Shown here: one piece after another, positions 29,966-42,600 of the stretch
How the letters are laid out: each line of letters starts with the position of its first letter
How positions within the stretch are numbered: the stretch's first letter is position 1
Assembly: GCA_964016885.1 (NCBI GenBank)
Contig: OZ024746.1
Coordinates: 69,688,001 to 69,752,000 of the forward strand
DNA length: 64,000 nucleotides
Direction: 5' to 3'
From: Eledone cirrhosa
Lineage: Eukaryota
The notes under the pieces: model-generated
Told to the model about the DNA's origin: nothing
Seen by the model: only the letters and a program-made list of their open reading frames with translations
Databases searched by the model: none
Translations under genes and position numbers: made by a program

Positions 29966-31043
29966 TTCAATTGATCCCATTGTATTACTGGTACTTTATT
30001 TTATTAACTCTGTAGGGACGAAAGGCAAAGCTAACTTCAGCAGAATTTGAAATCAGAATGTAAAGGGATGTAACTAAATGCCACAAAGCACGTTGTCCAA
30101 CTCTCTACTGATACTGCCCTTAACAAAGAAATATTAAAAAGTAAAGAGAGTTATAAACAGTATTAGGACAAAACTGTTTCACATCGCAGACCACAGGATG
30201 AATAGAAGTAAATAGAAAGGATATGGTTATTTGATCCAAGACTGTATTTGATGATTACTATATTTAGATAAACATGACTAATATATACATCATCATCATA
30301 TCCACATGATGCTGTGTGGCACCTCATAACTTACCTTATTAATCACTAACACACGCAGACAGATTATATATATATTATACACACACACATACATAATCCT
30401 ATACATCATTTACATATATACTGTTTTGCAATGTTTGCTTATTCAGGTGTCATTCACCTGAATTCCCACAAAAACTTTTTAACTGATAGATATCCAAGCA
30501 TGTCTGTTGACTACTTACCTATCTGTAGTAATTATATATATATATAACTCCCACACATACCTACCTTTTTACTCAGCTTCTTCCTGTTACCATGACATCC
30601 AGTTTTATCATATTTCTGCTGATTTATTATCACACTTTACAGATTCCACTGGATTCTCTCACAAAACTTTTTAAAAGATTTTGGTAGTTTTCAAGAATTT
30701 GGTTTAATAACAATTCTACTACTACTACTACTACTTGTTGTAGTAGTAGTAGTAACCACAGCAGTAGCAGCAGTTACAAATGACTGTTCTAGTTGTTTGA
30801 ACAACAGAACAGCCTACTCATGAAATTATCTTGTGACTTAGCATTCCAAACTGGACCTTTGTATTACAGTTGAGTAGACTGGAACAAAGTGAAATAAAGT
30901 GTCTTGCTCAAGGACACAACATAACACTTAATCAAACCCATGTCCACACGATTGTTAGATCATCATTTTTACACCCAAATGGGTTAGGCGGGTCCAGCAC
31001 AGCATTTCTCCACTTATCACATTCCTTGGTCATTTCCTGCAAT

Positions 31044-31730
31044 GTAGTGGGATAACAGGAAGAGAAGACTTTGTATTTAGATGCACAGAGTTAATTGACA
31101 GGAAGAGCGTCAGTGATATAAATCTTTTCTATTCATATGAAGCATCCATAGAAGTGGTTAATAGCTTCTGCTATCTAGGTGACCTAATTAACAGTGGAGG
31201 AAGGAGCATAACTAGAATAAAGATAGGATGGAAGATGTTAAGAAAGCTACAAAAGGATGGCTGTATGACGCCTATGTGAAGTGCGATGCTTCTGAAACAT
31301 GGGCAGTGACTGCAGCGGACACGCAGAGGAAATTCCAGTAGAGGAAGACCTGGATGGAAGTGGAAACTCACCACCACCCAGGTCTTCCTCTGTTCATATG
31401 GATGCTTCATATGAATAGAAAAGATTTATATCACCGACGCTCTTCCAGTCAATTAACTCTGTGCATCTAAATAGTCTTCTCTTCCTGTTTTCCCACTACA
31501 TCTCTCATGTACCCAAAATTTACAGTGTACATCACAGAGTTTATGCCTACTCCTTTACATGTGGAGCTGGGCCACTTCTCTAAAAGAATCAGGGTCCTAC
31601 TTACTAGCACTTTAATTTTGGCTAAGTTTACTCTCAGCCCTTTTGATTCCAAATTGTTTCCGCAGTCAGATTTTCTAGTTCTTTTATGGATTCAACGAGA
31701 TCATCCATATAAACGCCCTAATCACTAAAT
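31044..31730. mobile_element. Rearranged RTE LINE remnant with internal inversion
   Basis: - strand ESKGLRVNLAKIKVL..KWP (31467-31652); + strand SIEVVNSFCYLGDLINSGG (31142-31200); ~105-bp inverted duplication. Confidence 0.8.
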
Positions 31731-33539
31731 TACTCTATCTCCACCAGGGAATTTAAATATATAAATTAATCAGTACCAATACTGGCCAAAACCTATCAAA
31801 GTTAATAGTATACTACATGGCAGTTTGTTTTTGGCAATGGGTTAAAAAGTATGGTATTCTTTTACTGGCTTTAGCCTGCAGCCACATTTTATTCACTGGT
31901 TTCAGTTATTAAACTGTGGCCATGCTGGAGCATCATATTTTATTAGTTTCAGTGACTAGACTGTGGCACCACTGTTTTACTGATTTCAGTTATTAGACTG
32001 CAACCATGCTGGGATGTCGCTTTCGAAGGATTTTGGACGATTATCACTTCAGCATTTTTTCAATTTCTTTTGCTAAGTTATGGGACATAACCACAGCCAG
32101 CTACACATATACATGTGTACACATACACACAACAATGAGGATGCTGATGATGAGGCATCATGCAAGTTATCTGCAGTTTTATGAAAGACAAGATTTTGTT
32201 TGAACAATAATATATCTTTGCTAAGAAATGACAACAGAAACTAATAATATATAATTGTTGAGTTGTTTTGTGTTTCAAGTCACCAAATATGTTAGCAGGT
32301 AGGTACCATTCCTTGCAACAGTAAAGACAAAAGCTCTCCTGGTACTAACATATATATTGCTATAACTACCTGTCTAAAACTGTTCTTCATGGAAGGGTGC
32401 TGGAATCATGACCATATGGGGTTTGATTTCTGGACCAGGCAGCATATGTTCTTGAGCAAAACATTTCATTTCATAAGACTAAGGCCCCAATCATTAAAAC
32501 ACCTGAAAAACTACAATGAGATGCAGCCTTGTAGGATGCCAGCAAAACCTACACGGGTATGAACTGTAACAATTTAGAACACCGAAGAAACCTCTTATGA
32601 GATGCAACCTTGTAAGAGGCCAGCTAAACCTACATAGGTGTGAGCTGAAAATGTCATCACCTCCTCCCTCCTCAGAGCGCAGTTGAAGGAAGGCAAAAAA
32701 GAAAATACTTGTCTGACAACATCAAAGACAAGACAGATTAAATGTGAGACAACTAGCTGCACCAGTATATCTACAACGGTACCCCAACAACTATTACTGG
32801 AAAAGGAAGATGTCGTCTTACCACCAAAATGGTAGTCATATAATTGATACCAATCAATCCCAACCCGTCTCTTGTTCTATGAAAAAAAAAAAAATCCTTT
32901 AATCGGTTCTTTAAATTAAAATCTTCCAACAATTTTATACAAGAACCATACATTAAGTTACAATCTTAAAGAAAGATTTTAATAAATCCCTCAAAATCCT
33001 TCATTAATTGAAACAGAGTATGTTGTTAGAGATAAAGTCTAGAGAGACACTTTAAAGTGAAATTTAAATTTAAAAAAAATAATTTTAAAGCGTTTCAATT
33101 GTTCATTATTTTTATTCTTTAAAGCCAGTTACAGATTTGCTGAGTTAACTGTAAAATGAGTTATTTAAAACAAGGAAAAAACTGACAAAATATACTGCAT
33201 GGAATAGTTGAATGCCACCTGTAGTGGAGTTAATTTACAGTTGTATGGCAGACAGGAACAAGTAGAAAAATCTTTCCTTATAAATTTTTTTATGGATTTG
33301 ACTAAAGTATCCTGTTAGAAGCAAAATAGTAACACAGAATGAGATACAGAAGTAGTGTTAACACATATATCAAGCTGAAGTTGTTGACAGAGAAAAACAG
33401 CTGCTGTGACTAAGTGAATCCACCAACAAATTTGACTGTCTTCACGCAGAATGGTGAGAAGAGGTTAGATGGAGAAGAGGTTGTTGTAACAAGTTGTGAA
33501 ACATGAATGTTTAAATATTTCCAAATATGGTTCTTGGCT

Positions 33540-33615
33540 TTAAGTCCCCTTCAGAGAAGACATTCCTGCTCGCATTATTTCGTCCACTAATAAAAGATTG
33601 CTGGCAATAACAGTA
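33540..33615 (-). CDS. CCT6: CCT6 last coding exon (76 nt incl. TAA)
   Basis: [24 protein letters not shown]; candidate AATAAA on - strand near 33111-33116. Confidence 0.96.
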
Positions 33616-36600
33616 CTGAAAATATAAACATTTAAAATATTAATAAAGCTTTAAATGATATACAAAACTACACATATGCAACAATGTATATAAGTTCACT
33701 CACACCCCATCCTCATTCTTGTTTTTAAGTTGACTTTTCCGAACATAAAAATGATGCACGCGCGTGCGTGCATATATATACACACACACACATTTACTGT
33801 GTCAAGGTCACAAGCCCTCTAAAGTTGGTGTCATGATAAAATGTATTTGTGTATTTCTCTCTACATAGTCTTCACTGTGTAGGCAGCTAGTGATGTTTGT
33901 TTATGTCCCACAGTTCAACGACTGAAGACCAGTTGAATAAGTACTTTGCTTAAAAAAACTAATGCAGGTATCAAGAAAGGCATTAAGTCACAGAATACTG
34001 CCTGAAGTCTTGTCTAATTCATGCCAGCATGGAAGTGAGGGTATAAAAGTGATGAGGAGATATTGAGCTGCATCTTATTTCATGTTTGTTATGGGTAGTC
34101 ATATTTCTGACAGTCTATATATTAAGCAGAACTGAAGTAATCAGTCACTACTAATACAAGCCTTTTAAGACCATCTTCCTTGTAACATGTGTGAGATACA
34201 CAATGCAACATATGCCTTTCTTTCCTTTCCATTTCAGTGACACTCCCCTCATTAGCACACCACTCAGTTCTCAGAACTTCTTCCATGCACATCCCATCCC
34301 ACTCTAGATATTGTGGTGGAATCTGATCCACTTTCTTCATTCCACACATCTCACAGGTAACAAAACGTTTTCACACCATTTTCGAGATCCAGTTCGAAAT
34401 CCTCTCCATCTGTAGGTCCCTCCATACACTATTTAATAACCCCTACACCCCACTATATTTTCAATGTACCCACCAAGTGCATTGACTCTATAAATAGTAT
34501 TTGAGTTGTTCAATCAGTACTTTTTTAGTGTTTATTGCACAAACTTATAAAAAAGAAAGAAAGGAGCTGATCATCAGACCAGATCAAAGGAATCAATGTT
34601 TACAATTGCTGGTACTATCTATCAATCACAAGAAAGAGACTAATCGGTAGATAGAAATAAGTAAACTATGTTTCCATTGCTGATACTATCTGCCGGTTAC
34701 AACTCCAGACAGAAGTATCATCACATTACCGGTGACAGGAGGTAGGACTTGAACTAAATACACACAGGTCTGCAACAGATTCCACAATGTGTCCCATTCA
34801 ATTCTTAAACAATTCTTGCCAGGTACTTATCTATCGCCCCCAAAAGGATGGAAAGCGAAGTTGACCTTGACGGGATTTCAACTCAGCAGTGTGTAGAGCT
34901 GAAACAAATACTGAGGCAAATAATCCAATGCTCCAGGCAATTTGCTGCCATCTATAAAGCAAATGTGTGTGTGTGAAAGAGAGACTTACCAAGAATGTAG
35001 CAACTGCCTTTTCACTCTGTAGTTGTCCAAAATACCATTTTCAATTGGCATAATAGCTTCCCCTGTAAAATAAGATGGCCAGCATCAATATAGAACAGAA
35101 CTAAAAGTTGACAACAATTTGTTTGATTTTATAACAAAAAGAATATAGCAAATAGAACCTTTCCACGTGGGAAACCTGTTAAGTTTGAAGGAAAGGAGGA
35201 GAGGAGATGGAATAGAGAAATGTGGGAAAAAGCATTATTTGAAATTTAATAACAGTAACTAAATTGTTGAATAATACTGAGGCGTAAAAGTCTGCATTCT
35301 TTCCTACTTAAAGTAAATTTTATTTGGATCTCGTACAAATACATTATACTTCATACTCTGAGTAGATTTAAGCAGAGGGAATAGAAAGTTAAAATAGACC
35401 TCCTTTTGAAGAATTTAGTTACACATCTGCAATTGTAATTAAATAAATAAATAGTTAAATGATCTAGAAATCCATTTTTAACCAACTTCCAGCAGATGCT
35501 AAATTTAAACCAGTCACAATGAGTGTTATGCAGTTTCAACAAAATCTGTGAGTTAAAATATATACTTTCAGATGATTATATGCCGTCCTCAAACTCACTA
35601 CAAATATAATCAACCATGTTTTTAAGGTCTCTACATTCCAGTGGCAGAGCAAATTAGTATCACATCAACCATGTACAGTAGTCAAGCAAGACTTTCTGCT
35701 ACTGCAGCTTATCATCTGAGTGGACTAGGGCAAAGTTTGGGAATCAAACTCATGACTGTGACACAAATAATTTTACAAAAATGCAACACAACAGATTAAA
35801 GATTATAAAACACATGAGAATACAAAATAGAATTCAAGATAAGAATCTAGGTCAGGAAAGGAACGAAAATGACAGACTGGTTCAAGGAAACAATGTTTTC
35901 ATTGCTCTTTCTATTGTTAGTATTATCTGCCACTCGCAACACCTGACAGAAGGGGACGGGATTTGAACTCTGAACAGACAAAGCTGGGTCAGATACTGCA
36001 AAGCATCCTGTCTGACTCATTAACAATTCAACCAATCCACCCTACCCCCTTGTCTCATATTTCATTTATTTAACTCAAAAGGATGAAAAGTGAAGTTCAT
36101 CTCAGCAGAATTTGAACTGAGGGCAGTGAACCGGAACATACGCAGAAGCATTTAATCTGATTCTCTAACCACTCTGCCAATTTGCCACATAAAATCTATT
36201 TCTGCAGTCTTTAGCTTATGAATGGTAGTAAGTGAATATTAGAGATCTTCCAGTCTCTAACTGACAAATTGATTTAATCACTTAAGCAGCTAATTATAAA
36301 AGAAAAAAAAAATTTCAATTAAAAGCAGAGTTAACCCTAGTGTTCAAACCGCCCCAAACCCGCTGCAATTATTTCCCTTTCATTTGTTCAAACCGCCCGA
36401 AGCCGGCTGATAACACCCACACTAAAATATCGTTCTAAAAATAAACAATACCGACATCAAAATCTCGCCAATTCGAGATTACTGTGAGATTAGGCCCTTA
36501 CCGCGAAAATTAACATTAATATAGTGAAACAACTTAAAACAACACGTGTTTTTTAAATTTGAAAGTAGAACACATTTTTTGTGTATCAACATGGCTTGTG

Positions 36601-39600
36601 AAAGTAGCAATACCGACTTTGAAGGTTTCACACACGACATTCAGAATGGACAAGAAACAAAAGATGATTTATCTTCAAATGAATCAAATGTTTACATTTC
36701 TGAAATTTCATCCGACGATGATTGTTGTTTTGAAAGTGAAAACGAAGGATATCTCCAGGGCGCCATTGAAAATATTACAGCAGCGTGGTTGAAAAATACC
36801 ACATCAATATATGTTCCCGATTTTATTAAAAATACTGGTCCACAACACACGTTAGCTCCCGATGCTAAAGCACTGGATTATTAATCGATATGCCCAACAA
36901 CATATTTCAAATCGAGGAAAACCCGATATGTTTGGCGACCGACATGCTGCGAAATGCAAGCATGTTTTACCGTAAACATTATATTCGGTATAAAACAATT
37001 TCCAAGACTGTGGAATTACTGGAACACTGATATAAGGTTTAGTGATCCTTATATATCAAGTATTATGCCAAAAACAATGTATTTAAAATTAAACCAGTAT
37101 TTGCACCTGGTTGATACTTCAAATGCCCCTATTAATTAATTTCACCTGACCATAAAAGTCAAATTTGACCAAAAAAAAATCAGGTAAAATTATATAATTG
37201 TAAATTATTGATATTTAAACATGACAAAATTTCAAGCCTGCACATAGAAAATTTAAAAAAATTACAAACAAATAAAATTGATAACCCTCTTGAATACAAT
37301 TAACTGAAAATAATGTGAATGCTAAAGGGTTAAGGCACATGGCCTAGTAGTCAAGGTGTGGGTTCAATACCTGGACCAGGCTGCATGTTCTTGAGCAAGA
37401 CACTTCATTTCACGTTGCTCCAGTATACTCAGCATAAAATATGAGTACCACCAGCAGCAGGGAATAACTCCAGCAACAGATTTGCATCCAGTCAGAACGG
37501 GGGGGGGGGGGGGGGGGGGGTCATGATAGGACTGGGCACCCTTGTTGGAGGCCGCTAAACCAACATGGGTGTGAACTCTAACAACAGTTAAAAGTGACAT
37601 AAGGTGAGTGATTATATTTCACCAATAAATGTTGCTACAAGTTGTTTGGTTAAAAAAAAAAGGAGATGGGGGTTAAAATAAAGAAGAGTAAGAAAAGAGA
37701 GAAGGGGAATAAATGATGAAAAAGTGGAAAGCAAACTCTATACTCTTAGCTGGGCAGTATACCTCAGAGCTACACTCACAGGCAAGACAGTAAAGGCACT
37801 GCCACGGAGAACAACCAGCAACACCTGCTGCATCAGCCATTTCATTTCACAGGCTTCCTCAGGTGGGAAGCACTCCTCCCTGTTTTCCAGAGGAAAATGG
37901 CAATTCAGAAATAAGGTCTTGATGGTAGTCCAGAGGAGACACACAAGCACATACACCGGAGCTCTTGGTAGTCTAGACGGCAGTTTAGGGAGGACACAGT
38001 GGTGGTCTTGCCAGCTGGGGGGGGGGGGGGGGGGCACAGTGCTGATCTTGATGGTAGTTTGGGGAGGGCTGTAGTCAGGAGGGGGTTGACACTGGTCGTC
38101 TTGGACATACCAGAGGTCTCAACAATAAATGGCATGAAAAGGAGGTAGTCACCCTTCTTTTTGTTGTTTATCCTCAAGTTAAATCAGAAATGCTATAAAT
38201 AACATTTACTCCAACCATATCTGTACACTGTTTACAAATAGTAATTATAAAACCCGGAGAAGATCCTTTTGCTTTTATCAGGACTTGATATCTCTAGTAC
38301 TGGTGCCTACATAAAAGGCAACCAGTACATTCTGAAAAGTAGTTGATATTGGGAAAGGTAGAAACCACACCAAAATAAATACAAAACAGGAGCAAGACCT
38401 GGTTATCTGACATGCCTTGTCACAGACTATGATGACCTGTCGAACCCATGCTAACATTGAAAACAGATGTATGATGATGATGATGGTCTAACCAAATTTA
38501 ATAACTAGTAGGTTAATATCACATTAACTCAAGATATACTATAAATAAATCACATTTACTACAATCAGGTTTAACCACTGCACCAAATAGTAATTAAAAT
38601 ACAGAAAGGAGCTGATTGTCATCAAATTAAAGAAACAATATTTACATTGGTTTCTCCATTGCTGATATCTGCCAGTCACAACTAACAGAAGAACACATCG
38701 CCCAATTTACGAATGGGACCCAAGACTTAAATGATTAGCAGCCCAATATTCTAACTACTAGCCACATGGACTAGTGTTAGATTCACACTTATAAAGTTAT
38801 AGGTTTGATTCTTGGACTGGTTGGCATATTGTGTACTGAATAAATTACTTCATGTTGCTCCTCCTACCAGGAACAGCAACCTACAGAGAGTATCAGCTCT
38901 TTTCCCATAGTAATTAAGAGACGTTCTAACCTGATTTGATATCTAAGCCGACGGACTGAGATGGAGATGTGTATTCCTGGAGAAGTTTTACCATGGTTTC
39001 TTGTGGATCCAAACCAGAATTTTGGGCCAATACTTTCACAATAATTAGAATAGCTTCAGCATATGCTTGTACACCTGTGAGAAATATAAATAGAGGGGGT
39101 GAGGTTTTAATGTTAGAAACACTAGCAAAAAAAACCCCACCCTACAGGTGGTTTTCTGCTAGCATGTGTAGTGTGTATATTGATATTATACACAAATATA
39201 TATACATGTAGATATGATACATCAAATAAAATCATAATTGACAATATACACAGAAATTGAACGAAGACTGCGTTACACTGTCTTCTGTAATCAGTAACGT
39301 AATCCATAATACATTTAAAAAAGACGATATTATATATATATTATCATTAGGAAAATATTAGTGACAGCAATATATGCGAATATAAGTGTTATAATATAAC
39401 GGCCGCTAACCGGAAGTGTTGACATTTGACAATTTTAAAAGTCTTTAAATAAGTAATAAAATATATTTAATCATCAGCCTCGAAATTTAGCACATAAATT
39501 ATGTAATATTCATTCATTATTTATTCAAAGTAAGGGCAGGGCGGTGGATTGGCAGTATCGGTAGAGGGTTGGACGCCATGCTTTCCAGCATAGTTACGTC

Positions 39601-42600
39601 CCTTTACGATCTAAGTTCAAATCGCGCCGAGGTTGACTTTGCCTTTCATCCTTACGGGGTCGATAAAATAAAGTACCAGTAATGCACTAGGTAATTGCTG
39701 GCCTTGTGCCTAAAGTAGAAACAATTATTTATTCAAAGTAATCCAACTTATTTTACAAATGGGGTAAAAAAATATATTCTGTACGCAATCCCGCAACTCC
39801 TTTCTTTATTATAGTTAAGATGAATATAGACGAGGGGGAAGTAACTCTTAACATTCTTTAAGGATTTAGCAGAAAATATCTAGTTTAGTTAATATCTAAT
39901 AGTTTAGTTAATTCAAATGTTTCTACTATCTTTACAAGTGATCAATTCACTGAATAATTTGCAGTAAACTTAACTCAAATATTTACATCTTCATGGACTT
40001 AGTAAATCAACAAAAACAGAAGCGACTAACAAACAGTTGTTCAATATCAAATACATTTAAATATAAGTATTTAACCGTTTCATGACCATTACTTATGATA
40101 TACACTTTTTCAGTTAATGAAGAATTTTGAAAGATTTACTAAAATTATTAATTATATCATTACTAAGTAACTTAAAATAAGGTTCTTATATAAAATGATA
40201 CTGGAAGATTTTAATTTAAATAGAAACCCTTTAAAATCGTTGGTTTCGTTTCATAAAACCAAAGTTGGTACTATAACAACTTACCAAGCCTGGCACGACC
40301 TTTCACCTCTTCTTTATATTTCATTAACTCTCGGTAGGCTGCAATTTCAAAAGCTCCAGCACCGGGAAGAATACTACCTATAAAATAAAAATATTTTAAT
40401 TGTTAGAATTGTCACAAAATTAATTTATACATAAAAAATTGACTGTATTAGTATCACAATAGAATGCACCCAGTATGCTCTGTAAAGAGATTTGAAATGT
40501 TGGGAGACAACTCTTCACCAGTGCTGATGCCAGTATAAGAAGCACCTAGTAAATTATATAAAAGTCCCCTTGTTGGGGACATGATGACGTCCCTAACACT
40601 GGTGCTACATTAAAATGCACCCAGATATTAAAACTACGCCAGAAACACGAGCAAAACAGGGTCTCAAAACCTAGAGCTGAGGCTGTCTAGGATGTCCAAC
40701 ACAAGCTAAAAATTATAAGTGGACATAAAATGATAATGACTGTGAATATATTACATTGAAATGATTAACCCTTTTATTAACATATTTTGTAAATAATAAA
40801 GAATTTGGAGGGATTTAGTAGATAAGTAACTTAATCATTGAATTACGATGGAAAGTTTATGTGAGACATGAGCCCCCGTACAGTCTAGGACAGACACTAA
40901 ATATTGACTTGATCTGTAACAACCCACCCAAGCATGAAAAACCAGATGTATAATGATTATTAGTGCTTTAAAATTGTAGAACCAGGGGCAGTTACGGGTG
41001 GTTTGCTATCAAATGTATTAAACTTACCATCTTCAATGGCATTTTTCACAGCTCGGAGACCATCTCTCACAGCATCCTTGATCTGAACAATTGTATGTTT
41101 GTTGGGTCCTTTAAGAAGAATAGTGACTGACCTAGGGTTTTTGCAATCTTCAACAAAAGTAAATTTGTCCTCACCCTAATAAAATTAGTAAAATTGTGCA
41201 CCAAAATATTAGAAATGTTGAAATTATTTAAAAACAAACAAAACATTTTACACTTTTAATAGCCATTATTTAGCAGAAAATATATAAAAACAGTTTTGTT
41301 AATTCAAAAATAATTTAATTCTAAATGATAGTCATAGATGTGGATAGAAATAGAGAAGGGGATAGCCAATGTTTTGGGTAGTTGGGGGGGGGGGGGACAT
41401 TATCTCCATAGCACTATGGGAAGTTACAAAACCAGATGTGGTCCTGTTGTTACGACATTCAATAAATAAATGTTCCAACTTTCCAAGATTAGTTCAGGTT
41501 GAACGAGTTTTTCTTGAACTGTTACTTCTGTATTTTACTTTTGTTGCTTTTAGTAAATCAATGTTACACCTCACCCACCCACAAAGTTTAGTCTGTTAAT
41601 CATCCACTACAAATATTAGACCCCTCCCCTCTCACACTTAAGATTGAGTCAATCACCACCCACTATGTTAACCCCACTTTAGTCTATCACCTACTACATT
41701 ACCCCCACTTCAGTCTATCACCACCTACTACATTACACCCACTTTAGTCAATCATCACCTAAGTTACTCCCACATACTACATTAGTCTGTCAATCATCAC
41801 CTAAGTTACTCCCACATACATTAGTCTGTCAATCATCACCCAAGTTACTCCGACATACTACATTAGCCTGTCAATCATCACCTACGTTACTCCCACATAC
41901 TACATTAGTCTGTCAATCATCACCTAAGTTACTCCCACATACTACATTAGTCTGTCAATCATCACCTAAGTTACTCCCACATACTACATTAGTCTGTCAA
42001 TCATCACCTAAGTTACTCCCACACACATTAGTCTGTCAATCATCACCTAAGTTACTCCCACATACTACATTAGTCTGTCAATCATCACCTTCGTTACTCC
42101 GACTTTAGTGCCCTACTCCAACTAGTATGTATTGCAAATTTGAAATTCAAGCTCCAGAGTCCTCAGTCGACCATTGAAGCATGCAGATCATTCCTTTGAG
42201 ACCTGTGTTCATCTCAATGATTCAAGATGATATATAGCCAGCCAACTTGATTTTTGCATCTGAAGTCCAGAGGAACAATCTTCCAGCAAGTTCATAGCTA
42301 ATGACATGGCCAACAAGGGCCAGACAACGACACTTCACAACACAAACTTCATTGAATTGTAAAACACTGGCAAATATTTTTTACCATTGTAAAATATCAA
42401 AATATTCAGAGATGCTAACAAAAATTGAAAATAAGATTGCATCTAAATTCAAGGGTTAATACCTACCAACACATGTTCATAAACTAAACCAGCAAAACCA
42501 AGACAATCAGGTGTAAGGTCATCAATACTATTCATAGCTGAACCACCACAGGCCAAAACTAACCTGAAAAATAAAAAATGTGAAGAAATATGAAGAACTT

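Noticed and set aside
35545-35675. Possible H/ACA snoRNA (hairpin followed by ACA on - strand)
   Set aside because: No ANANNA hinge box and a weak 5' hairpin.
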